DNA of 64,000 nucleotides from Puniceicoccales bacterium (GTDB lineage Bacteria; Verrucomicrobiota; Verrucomicrobiia; Opitutales; JAIRLM01): NCBI GenBank assembly GCA_031268795.1, contig JAIRWT010000008.1, positions 66,487 to 130,486 of the forward strand, read 5' to 3'. Shown piece by piece: positions 56,014 to 64,000 of this stretch (position 1 is its first letter; each line of letters starts with the position of its first letter). The notes under the pieces were generated by a model. It saw only the letters and a program-made list of their open reading frames with translations, ran no database searches and was not told where the DNA came from. The position numbers and the translations under genes were made by a program.

Positions 56014-56901
56014 CTAGACGTCACCCGTCTGCTGGCGCCGATTGGAAATAAGTGGTTTTACGTAGGCGCGGTCATGAACGGTGAGATCAATCCGCTGCAG
56101 CGGCAATTGGTGACGCTTACGTGCATCATTAAGAATGTATTCCAATTTTTCCAGCTGTGGCGCAATGGATTCATTTTTGAAAAGTATGCAGCGGACTTCC
56201 TCGGTGCGCACTTCAATGAACGGCAAATGTCCCATTAAATTATATGCCTGCTCATCGACAACGGCCATGCGCCACTTTTTTACCAATTCGGGCGAGCACC
56301 GCCGTGCCTGGGTCCAGAAATTAAATAGATTCTTCGTCAATGGAATGCGCGTGCCGGGAGAGATGCGATTGATGTCCAATCCAAGGATATATGGAATATG
56401 GCTCAATTTGTCTTTCGTTGCGCCAATTTGTTCAAATGCACAGCCATCACCGTCCAACAGGTAAAATCCGCGCCCATCCGGCAGGCGAATTTTGAAAGCG
56501 GGCACACGTTCGCGAATGCGAACACGTAGCGTGCATGGATAAACGCGTTCAACGTCCACGTCAATTACCTGGGATGCCCGCATGAGGGCATTGCGGCAGG
56601 CCTGCACATCGACGGCATCGAGTTCCATTTCCTTCTGCAGCTGAAGAACTTTCAAAATCCACGTGCGATCGAGGCATCCATTGGTTGAAAATTCAATATT
56701 TTGTATGCGGTGGGAAACGGCGACGCGTCCGGCAATGGGCCGAATGGATAAAAAGACGAGAAAAAATAGCCCGGACATGAATAGAAAAAAAACAAACGGA
56801 CTTATCCGTTTGTTTGACGGAGATCTGGTTTTTCTGGCTTCGGTTTTGGATGACTTCTTGGACGCTCTGGCGGCAGATTTTCTGGAAGCTTTAGTACTCA
56901 T
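56014..56901 (-). CDS. ftsQ: cell division protein FtsQ/DivIB-like (POTRA)
   Basis: Basic N-tail, one TM helix (ISPFVFFLFMSGLFFLVFL) and a POTRA-like block (IQNIEFSTNGCLDRTWILKVLQL). It sits after ddl with an ATGA overlap at 56898-56901. Confidence 0.7.
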   Translation of the reverse strand: MSTKASRKSAARASKKSSKTEARKTRSPSNKRISPFVFFLFMSGLFFLVFLSIRPIAGRVAVSHRIQNIEFSTNGCLDRTWILKVLQLQKEMELDAVDVQACRNALMRASQVIDVDVERVYPCTLRVRIRERVPAFKIRLPDGRGFYLLDGDGCAFEQIGATKDKLSHIPYILGLDINRISPGTRIPLTKNLFNFWTQARRCSPELVKKWRMAVVDEQAYNLMGHLPFIEVRTEEVRCILFKNESIAPQLEKLEYILNDARKRHQLPLQRIDLTVHDRAYVKPLISNRRQQTGDV

Positions 56902-57830
56902 TGTGATATCATGCGATCTAGTGCGGGAGCGATGATTTTGCAAAGCACTTCATCGGGGCCCATGGATGCCCCAAGGGCGCTTTCCGGATAGAGACTTCCC
57001 TTGGTAAATCCGGGAACAGTATTTACCTCTAAAAAATAGATCTTGCCATCGTCGGCCATGAAAAAATCAATGCGGCACCAATCACGGCATGCGCAGGCAT
57101 GAAAAATTTTCTGAGCATAATTTTTAATCATCAGCGTTAATTGTGCTCCAAGGGGTGCCGGACAAATATGCCTCGCCCCATGTGGGGTATACTTGGATTC
57201 GTAATCAAAAAATTCATGCATTGGTATGATTTCCAAAATAGCCAATGGTTCCCCGTGCAACATGCCGATGGTCAAGTCTTTTCCCGTGCAAAGTGGCTCA
57301 AGTAGCCATAAGCCAGCATCAATGGTTTGTACGCGCGATTTCCAATCATCTTCGTTGCAAATGCAACTGCAACCAATGCTACTTCCCTTATCGCGAGGCT
57401 TAAGAAAGAGTTTAGAATTGCCCAACCGCTTACATGCCTCAGAAAATGTGAAATTACTCCATTCGTCGCCGGAAAATGCAATTTCCGAAAGCACGGGGAC
57501 GCAGCAATTCCACACACGCTTTTTGGCAGAACTTTTGTCGATGGCGAGTTCCATGCTTTCCCGCCCGCCTCCAACGTAGATAAACCCACCGTCGTCGAGT
57601 AACCCTTGCAGTTGTCCATCCTCGCCAAAATTTCCATGGATCATTGGAAATATGAGTGAGGTTTCTGGATTTAATTCCGATGGAATTCTATTTTCATTGA
57701 GTTCAATCAATTGAATGGGATAGTACTTGGAGAGCAATTTAGCGACATGATGGCCGGAGCGAATGGAAACCTCCCGCTCGGGGCTAACGGCGCCGCACAA
57801 AATTATAATCTCAAATGTTTTCGAACCCAC
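56898..57830 (-). CDS. ddl: D-alanine--D-alanine ligase
   Basis: Ddl N-domain (IIILCGAVSPEREVSIRSG), ATP-grasp core, and C-terminal FLEVNTVPGFT...S.YP. GTG start. Confidence 0.85.
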   Translation of the reverse strand: MGSKTFEIIILCGAVSPEREVSIRSGHHVAKLLSKYYPIQLIELNENRIPSELNPETSLIFPMIHGNFGEDGQLQGLLDDGGFIYVGGGRESMELAIDKSSAKKRVWNCCVPVLSEIAFSGDEWSNFTFSEACKRLGNSKLFLKPRDKGSSIGCSCICNEDDWKSRVQTIDAGLWLLEPLCTGKDLTIGMLHGEPLAILEIIPMHEFFDYESKYTPHGARHICPAPLGAQLTLMIKNYAQKIFHACACRDWCRIDFFMADDGKIYFLEVNTVPGFTKGSLYPESALGASMGPDEVLCKIIAPALDRMISQ

Positions 57831-58692
57831 TGATCCCTAAGTAGTGAACTTCCAATTGCAGTTCAATGGCGAATTTTTGGCGTATGGTTCCGCGGATAAG
57901 TTCAATAAGCGCTAACACATCTTTGCAGGTTGCATTTCCTTGATTGATAATAAAATTGCCATGCATTTCGGAAATCTGCGCACCACCAATCGTATAGCCC
58001 TTGAGTCCAACATCATCGATTAATTTTCCCGCCGAATGACCGATCGGATTTTTAAATATGCTTCCCGCGCTAGCGCCAATGGGTTGATGATCGTTCCTCC
58101 AACGGCGCAGTTCAAGCTGCCGTCGTCGAATTTCCTCATCCGGAACTGGCGGGCCATCCGTATGCAAAATAACGGAAAGTAGCACGTCCAATCCTCCCAG
58201 CTGGCAATGGCGATAGGAAAATTGCGGTTGCGCATTGGAAATGGTAATGCCATTTTTGTGTAAAAATCGGACGGATTCCACGAAATCGCCTACACTTTTC
58301 CCGTGGGCGCCGGCGTTCATTACTACCGCTCCACCAATGGTTCCCGGAATGCCGCATAAAAATTCAAAATCGCCGATGCCATTGCGTGCGCAGAAGGCGC
58401 AAAAGTGTCCCGTCGGCACGGAAGCTTCAACGGATAGCCGTCCGTCAAATTTGACAATACGGCCCAATTGCCCAGATTTCAGCCGCAACAACATGCCGGA
58501 GTAACCTTCATCGGAAGCAAGCAAATTAGATCCTCGGCCGATAATGCAGTGCGGAATTCCACTCCTCGTGGCCTGCCGAATTAGGGACTTCAATTCCTCC
58601 ACGGATTCCGCTTCAGCGAAAAAGCGGGTGCACCCACCGATGCGTAGTGTAGTTAACCGGCTAATGGGATAATACTCTAAAATCTTACCCAT
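57811..58692 (-). CDS. murB: UDP-N-acetylenolpyruvoylglucosamine reductase
   Basis: FAD-binding domain (TTLRIGG...IIGRGSNLL...PGTIGGAVVMNAGAHG) and C-terminal MurB domain (GSIFKNP...AGKLID..GLKG..IGGAQISE.H.NFI.N). Confidence 0.9.
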   Translation of the reverse strand: MGKILEYYPISRLTTLRIGGCTRFFAEAESVEELKSLIRQATRSGIPHCIIGRGSNLLASDEGYSGMLLRLKSGQLGRIVKFDGRLSVEASVPTGHFCAFCARNGIGDFEFLCGIPGTIGGAVVMNAGAHGKSVGDFVESVRFLHKNGITISNAQPQFSYRHCQLGGLDVLLSVILHTDGPPVPDEEIRRRQLELRRWRNDHQPIGASAGSIFKNPIGHSAGKLIDDVGLKGYTIGGAQISEMHGNFIINQGNATCKDVLALIELIRGTIRQKFAIELQLEVHYLGISGFENI

Positions 58693-58858
58693 CGACCAAT
58701 CCTTCGCAGGATGACGCAGCGAATGGAGCGGAAAAAACAATTGACAAACGTATTTTATTTGTCATCAGCGGATTAACTCCTTTACACATTCTTTTTTCTC
58801 GTTAACTGTCGCAACTAAAGCTTGCCATTTCCCAAATGCCATCAAAATCACGCCCAAC

Positions 58859-60694
58859 ATGTCCGATTCGGAGCCGCGTCATACCCAGGAAACATCATCC
58901 ACTCCCGTTCGTGCGTCAAGGGAGGCTCTAAAATCAGCTGTAACGGCGGCAAGATCCAACGAAGTGCCATCGGCAAAGTCACCTAGGGCGAGCGATGAAA
59001 GTCTCGATGATGGCGCGTTGGGTACCGCCAGGCAGCGCATCAAGGATCTGGTGGAACTTGCAAAAAACCAGGGATATGTGTCATTCGATGACATCAACGC
59101 CTCCCTCGGAGAGGAGACAGAGGTTTCGGAAAACGATATTGAGAACATTATCAACATTTTAGAAAATCTAGAGATTCAAGTTCTTGATTCGGATGAAATT
59201 GTCCAGCATGAACGCGAGGATAAGGAGCGGTTAGAAAATCGTATCTATGAAGATCAATTGGCCACGGCCAACGAAGATCCGGTCCGCACCTATCTGCGAC
59301 AAATGGGCAAAGTTCCCCTCCTTACCAGGGACCAGGAAATCAGCATTTCTAAGCGCATCGAATCCGCCGAACAAAAGGCACAGGATGAGCTTTTTTCCGT
59401 CCGGTTTACCGCAAATTATCTTTTGGACATCGCGCGTAAACTGAGCGTTCGTGATGAGCGTTTTGATCAAATTGTCCTCGATAAAAAAATTGAAAGCCGT
59501 GAGGCATACTATCAGATTCTTCCACGCCTCATCCAGGACAGCGAAACGCTGTTGAAGAAGATTGAGGAGGTCGCCACGGAATTGGAAGCGGCCACAGATG
59601 CGGAACTGCGGGTCAAATTAGCGCTGCGCGTCCGTAATTTTGAAATGCAATTGAAGCAAATTTTAAAGCGCTTTTGTTTTAAAATGAAGCTTTTTGAGGA
59701 TTTTCTGTCCGACAAAGCGTCCCTATTGCGTCGCCTCCGACGGGATTTGGATTTACTCGATTTGGACAAACGACGGCCAATTCGCCCGCAGGAACTTAAG
59801 CAAATTGAGCAGGATTTGGCTGATTTTCGCAAGGAATACCACACCGAGCCGGCCATACTTTTTGACATTTTGCAGCGTTTCCGCAAGCAGATGAAGGCTC
59901 TTCACACCGCAAAGACGGAAATGGTCGCGGCCAACTTGCGGTTAGTCATTAGCATTGCAAAAAAATACATCAACCGCGGTCTATCATTTCTGGATCTTAT
60001 CCAAGAGGGAAACATCGGTCTCATCAAGGCCGTAGAGAAATTTGAATATCGCCGGGGCTATAAATTCTCCACCTACGCCACCTGGTGGATTCGTCAGGCC
60101 ATTACCCGTTCCATCGCCGACCAGGCACGCACCGTGCGCATTCCCGTGCACATGATCGAGACACTCAACCGTGTGATGCAGGCGCAAAAGCAGTTGCTCC
60201 AGGAATTGGGGCACGAACCGACACCGGAGGAAGTGGCCAATGAAATGGGCATGCCCGTGGAACGGGTGCAGAGCATAATGAAGATGGCGCAACAGCCCAT
60301 TTCCCTTCAAAGTCCCGTCGGCGATGGCGAAGATTCATGCTTTGGAGATTTCATTGAGGATAAGTCCGCCGGCGACCCCCACAACATAGCTGCAAACAGT
60401 CTTCTCCGGGAAAAAATTCGCGAAATTTTGGGCTCGCTCTCGGAGAGGGAACAAAAGGTGCTTTCAATGCGCTTTGGGCTGGAAGATGGCTACAGCCACA
60501 CATTGGAGGAGGTGGGACAGCTGTTTAGTGTGACCAGGGAGCGCATCCGTCAAATAGAGGCTAAGGCTTTACGAAAAATGCGCCATCCCACGCGCATTCG
60601 GCAGTTGCATGGATTTTTTGGCAATAATCCAACGCCGAAGGGCGATGGATTCGACAGTTTTCGAAAGCGTCGTCAGCACGCGCAAAAGGGTTGA
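58859..60694 (+). CDS. rpoD: RNA polymerase primary sigma factor (sigma-70 family)
   Basis: Region 1.2 through 4.2 are present: [11 protein letters not shown], the region 2 block [50 protein letters not shown], and region 4.2 [30 protein letters not shown]. Confidence 0.95.
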   Translation: MSDSEPRHTQETSSTPVRASREALKSAVTAARSNEVPSAKSPRASDESLDDGALGTARQRIKDLVELAKNQGYVSFDDINASLGEETEVSENDIENIINILENLEIQVLDSDEIVQHEREDKERLENRIYEDQLATANEDPVRTYLRQMGKVPLLTRDQEISISKRIESAEQKAQDELFSVRFTANYLLDIARKLSVRDERFDQIVLDKKIESREAYYQILPRLIQDSETLLKKIEEVATELEAATDAELRVKLALRVRNFEMQLKQILKRFCFKMKLFEDFLSDKASLLRRLRRDLDLLDLDKRRPIRPQELKQIEQDLADFRKEYHTEPAILFDILQRFRKQMKALHTAKTEMVAANLRLVISIAKKYINRGLSFLDLIQEGNIGLIKAVEKFEYRRGYKFSTYATWWIRQAITRSIADQARTVRIPVHMIETLNRVMQAQKQLLQELGHEPTPEEVANEMGMPVERVQSIMKMAQQPISLQSPVGDGEDSCFGDFIEDKSAGDPHNIAANSLLREKIREILGSLSEREQKVLSMRFGLEDGYSHTLEEVGQLFSVTRERIRQIEAKALRKMRHPTRIRQLHGFFGNNPTPKGDGFDSFRKRRQHAQKG

Positions 60695-60774
60695 ATCGCC
60701 TTGGGAGGGTTCAAAAAAAACTTTACACGAAATGGGGAGCGAAAGAGTGTCTCCCTCGAGAAGGATCTTGCATC

Positions 60775-60876
60775 ATGGGCAACCTAAAGAAAAAGCGGCG
60801 ACTGAAAATGAATAAACATAAACGGCGGAAGCAGTCCCGCGCATCACGGCATAAAAAACGTACGTGGGGGTCCTAG
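60775..60876 (+). CDS. 33-aa highly basic microprotein, bS22 / AURKAIP1-COX24-like
   Basis: [33 protein letters not shown] closely mirrors the bS22 pattern MGS.IKKRRKRM.KKKHRK.... It starts at the internal ATG of ORF 60691-60876. Confidence 0.6.
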   Translation: MGNLKKKRRLKMNKHKRRKQSRASRHKKRTWGS

Positions 60877-60882
60877 GACGCC

Positions 60883-61890
60883 ATGCGGATTTTGGCTATT
60901 GAAAGTTCCTGTGATGAGTCCGCTGTAGCCGTATTGGATGGTGAATCGCGGCGATTTACCCACGAGTTTATAAGTTCACAGATTGCCATTCATCGGCAAT
61001 TTGGGGGCGTTGTCCCCGATTTGGCTGGTCGTGAGCATCGTTTTGCGTTGCCAAAGCTCATAGAGCGCTGGCGTGAAAGTGATTCGTTTGTTGCCCCGGA
61101 TATGATTGCCATAACTTATGGTCCTGGTTTGGCTTGCGCTTTAGATGCCGGGCTGAGTGTTGCACGGGAGTTAGCAAATTTTTACGAATGCCCCTTGCTC
61201 GGCATTAATCATCTGCGCGGCCATGCATTGTCGCCATTCATTCCGATGTGGCAGGAAAATCAGCCGTGGTCAGATTTCTTTCCGCATTTGGGGCTTCTGG
61301 TATCCGGAGGAAATACGCTGCTGTTTTCCATGAATGAAAGTTTTATTATCCAAGTACTTGCAGAAACAGTGGATGATGCCGCTGGCGAGGCTTTGGATAA
61401 GGGAGCCAGAATGCTGGGCTTGCCGTACCCGGGAGGTGGACCAATAGAAAAGTTGGCTCGTGGAGGTAATGCGAAAGCTTATAACTTTCCGCGGGCATTT
61501 ACGCCGAGCACCAGAAAATTTAGCTTTTCCGGGCTTAAAACCTCACTGCTGTACCAGCTACAAAAAATGCAGGCCGATGAAATTTTGCAATGCAAATCGG
61601 ATTTATGCGCCAGCTATTTGCAGGCCGTTTGTGATGCTTTGGTCAAGAAGGTTGACTACATAACCGGTGAATTCGGACCCAGGAGCATCGGATTTTCGGG
61701 CGGTGTATCACAAAATGGTATATTACGCGGCGAAATGGAGAACATTTGTTCCCGGAGAAACTTGCCATTACTGCTCACACCTCGCCAATACTGCGGCGAC
61801 AACGCATCCATGATTGCCTTTGCGGCAATGGTCGATGCAAGCAGCGGAGAAATTTCTCCAACGCGGTTTCATCCAAAGCTAAAGTTATAA
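60883..61890 (+). CDS. tsaD: tRNA N6-adenosine threonylcarbamoyltransferase TsaD
   Basis: MRILAIESSCDESAVAVL, INHLRGH (metal-binding His pair) and the C-terminal GGVSQN...CGDNASMIA motif. Confidence 0.92.
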   Translation: MRILAIESSCDESAVAVLDGESRRFTHEFISSQIAIHRQFGGVVPDLAGREHRFALPKLIERWRESDSFVAPDMIAITYGPGLACALDAGLSVARELANFYECPLLGINHLRGHALSPFIPMWQENQPWSDFFPHLGLLVSGGNTLLFSMNESFIIQVLAETVDDAAGEALDKGARMLGLPYPGGGPIEKLARGGNAKAYNFPRAFTPSTRKFSFSGLKTSLLYQLQKMQADEILQCKSDLCASYLQAVCDALVKKVDYITGEFGPRSIGFSGGVSQNGILRGEMENICSRRNLPLLLTPRQYCGDNASMIAFAAMVDASSGEISPTRFHPKLKL

Positions 61891-62290
61891 AAAACTCCGA
61901 TGAACAAACTCGAAAATTTCCTCGCTTATGGGAAATATTAGCGTTGGTAAATCTGAAGGGTTAACTAATTAACCAACACATGGTGACATATTTAAGGTTG
62001 GTTGCAGATTTTGCGAGAAAAATTCGCTAAAATTTTTAGCATCAACGGGAAGAAACCCCGCTCTATTCACTGCCCATGTTTTGACACTCTGCCATAAACC
62101 TCGGATTTCAAATTATGCGATTGGAGTGTTTTTATCTTGACAATGATGATGGCATCCCTGACTGTGTGAGGATGTTGCAATCTATTTCGTGTGTGCCGCA
62201 AATGCCATGTGGGCAGGTTCCGGTCGCGCCAGACTTGTCTTCTGACAAAAATGCCCTGGGGGGCGTATTTCAACGGGAAAAATCAATCAT

Positions 62291-63166
62291 TTGTGGCATT
62301 TTCTTGTGAATTTTTTAAAACAATTTTCTATCCTATTCTGGCTTCGAGCGAAGTGCAACTACCGCTCCATTGAACAAGAGTTGATCTTTGATCCAGCTAG
62401 ATCGATCGGTCCTCGGCTTGTCCCATCGCGGTCGCAAAGTGAGCCAATTGCAGTAGTTCAGCCGCCAGAAATGCCATCGCTAACATGCGGCGTTACAGAA
62501 CTTCAAAGGTGCGACATTCATGAGATTGAGGGGGATTTTACAACCTCTTCAACGGTTCTATCGAAGTCGCTGGAGCGGGCGGTGGTGTATTCCGAGAGAA
62601 TAAGCGATCCTGAGAAAAGAGCGCGCATTAATGCATTTTTAACGAATTTTGCGGAATTTGTGACTCACCTCAGAAAAAATCGAGATTTACCAAATTGTGG
62701 TTCAGATGCGGAAGGTATGTTTGTAAAGGTTGGTTCTGGTGATGACGCCAAGATTGTAGTAACTGCTAGTATTGTCAGTGAAGCTTGCTCCCTGTTGGAC
62801 GAGATGTCTCCATCTGAAGTGCAAGATTTCATGACGTCCATCGTTATTGAAACCTGTAGATGTAATGACTGTGTCAAAACAAACCTTCAAAGAGATTTAT
62901 TAGTATATAGAATTAAATATGGGCCGCAGTTACCTGAAAGGCATATTTATTGGTTGCGGGAAATATATGAATTTCTTCGCAATATAAAGTCGCCTGCGGA
63001 GGTGCAGTTTGCTCAATTGCAGGTTCAGGCGGCAGAGGTTCAGTCTGAGCTGGCGCGGCTAACAGCTGAATCGGCGGCGCATGGAGCTGAAGCGGCAGCG
63101 CACAGGCGATCAACGACAGACAATGGATTGAGTTCAAACGGAAGTTTATTCCGTCCTGCTCAGTGA
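62291..63166 (+). CDS. hypothetical protein with C-terminal coiled coil
   Basis: 291-codon ORF with a TTG track start (the first ATG gives ~231 aa from MPSLTCGV). The C-terminus AQLQVQAAEVQSELARLTAESAAHGAEAAAH looks helical. I recognise no family. Confidence 0.45.
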   Translation: MWHFLVNFLKQFSILFWLRAKCNYRSIEQELIFDPARSIGPRLVPSRSQSEPIAVVQPPEMPSLTCGVTELQRCDIHEIEGDFTTSSTVLSKSLERAVVYSERISDPEKRARINAFLTNFAEFVTHLRKNRDLPNCGSDAEGMFVKVGSGDDAKIVVTASIVSEACSLLDEMSPSEVQDFMTSIVIETCRCNDCVKTNLQRDLLVYRIKYGPQLPERHIYWLREIYEFLRNIKSPAEVQFAQLQVQAAEVQSELARLTAESAAHGAEAAAHRRSTTDNGLSSNGSLFRPAQ

Positions 63167-63193
63167 TGTAAAAATTCGAATTTAAAAAGTCCT

Positions 63194-64000
63194 TTATCGC
63201 GTGCTGGTGCCAATCGTTAGCAACGATGGGATTGCAATAGCCGCAAGCGCAAACGTTGGTATCCAAGCTATTAGGTCAACTCTGAAATCAGGATTAATTT
63301 GCCACCAGGAAACGACGATGGTAAAAAGGTAGTACCCAAGAACCAACGTTAGAGCAGTTAGGATTCCCGCAAAGCTTTCCTTCTGTTTTATGCGAGTGCC
63401 CAATGGAATTGCACTGGCCGCAAGTAAAAATGTGGCCACCGCTGCAGAGATGTGTTGTTGGAGAATATAATTAGCGGCAATGAATTTTCGTTGCCCCATC
63501 CGCTGCGATTTCAGGGATGAATTGCCGTCCTTACTTTCCCTTAAAACAGCCATCAATTCAAAAAAATCACAATGCTTTAGCGGCTTAATCCAGTTTGGCT
63601 CATTGGCGGATGTGTTGTCGGAAAGATTTAAAATAAGATCGTTGAAATAAAGTATCGGTAACGTAGAAGATTCTTTTTTTTCATAGTATTCTGCAATTCC
63701 ATTGTTAAGTTTAATTAGCAGTCCGTTATCGCCTTTCGAAAACGCCCCCTCCGCGGCATGCAAATGGAAATTTATTTGTCCGCTGTCGCTAAGTTCCCAG
63801 ATGTGAATTCCTACGGTCTTAGCACCAGCTTGACCTCCAATAAATAAAATATACCCGGAAAAATCTTTAATAAACTCGTTCGGACGAATGAATCGCATTG
63901 GGTCTTGAAAGACCATATTTCGTAAACTTTTGCGGTAAAAATGAATTGCCCGAGGCGCGTAAAATAAATTGATACCCAGTGCTAAGGCTGCGGCCAAAAA
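63194..64000 (-). CDS. LptF/LptG family permease (N-terminus off-window)
   Basis: The frame is open to the window edge. A periplasmic beta-jellyroll-like middle (FIKDFSGYILFIGG...HLHAAEGAF...) is followed by C-terminal TM helices, as is typical of YjgP/YjgQ permeases. Confidence 0.7.
   Translation of the reverse strand, partial: FLAAALALGINLFYAPRAIHFYRKSLRNMVFQDPMRFIRPNEFIKDFSGYILFIGGQAGAKTVGIHIWELSDSGQINFHLHAAEGAFSKGDNGLLIKLNNGIAEYYEKKESSTLPILYFNDLILNLSDNTSANEPNWIKPLKHCDFFELMAVLRESKDGNSSLKSQRMGQRKFIAANYILQQHISAAVATFLLAASAIPLGTRIKQKESFAGILTALTLVLGYYLFTIVVSWWQINPDFRVDLIAWIPTFALAAIAIPSLLTIGTSTR

Noticed and set aside
61891-62290. tmRNA, RNase P RNA or an additional tRNA in the ORF-poor spacer
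   Set aside because: I found no tRNA-like acceptor/T-arm (GGTTCGAnTCC...CCA) and no GAGGAAAGTCC-type RNase P motif by eye. The spacer is kept only as an unexplained structured region.

Overview
This is 64 kb of chromosome from a diderm bacterium (BamA, LptF/G and an MsbA-like exporter are present). It is moderately AT-rich and densely coding on both strands. About two thirds is recognisable housekeeping: ligA (5' end off-window), tRNA-Gly(CCC) directly abutting prfA, dCMP deaminase, rpsU, yebC, rsmD, bamA, dnaB, rpsF-ssb-rplI, pth, ctc/L25, rmuC, trxB, rho, a GH13 debranching enzyme, an ABC exporter, EamA and CPBP membrane proteins, lepB, murD, murB-ddl-ftsQ, rpoD, a bS22-like micro-ORF, tsaD and a partial lptF/G. 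Five lineage-specific blocks sit inside this core. (i) A tightly packed injectisome operon sctD-E-F-G-I-J-K-L (28.3-33.4 kb, minus strand) has no sctC/N/V/Q/RSTU nearby. (ii) A 9,048-nt gene encodes a 3,015-aa protein with a DUF3638/DUF3645-type P-loop/DEAH ATPase core, and it is followed immediately by a SycD/LcrH-like TPR chaperone gene. (iii) Several ORFans look secreted or membrane-inserted: a 967-aa proline-repeat protein, a 555-aa ORFan convergent on sctL, and small proteins with paired hydrophobic or glycine-zipper segments wedged between murD and ftsQ. (iv) A three-gene block has two paralogues flanking an unrelated gene. (v) A short repeat family (18-nt core AACGCGAATCTCAAAAGT) brackets one ORFan. 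I saw no rRNA, CRISPR array, transposase or integrase. All functional calls come from motif-level reading of the supplied translations. No database search was possible, and start codons are often uncertain.
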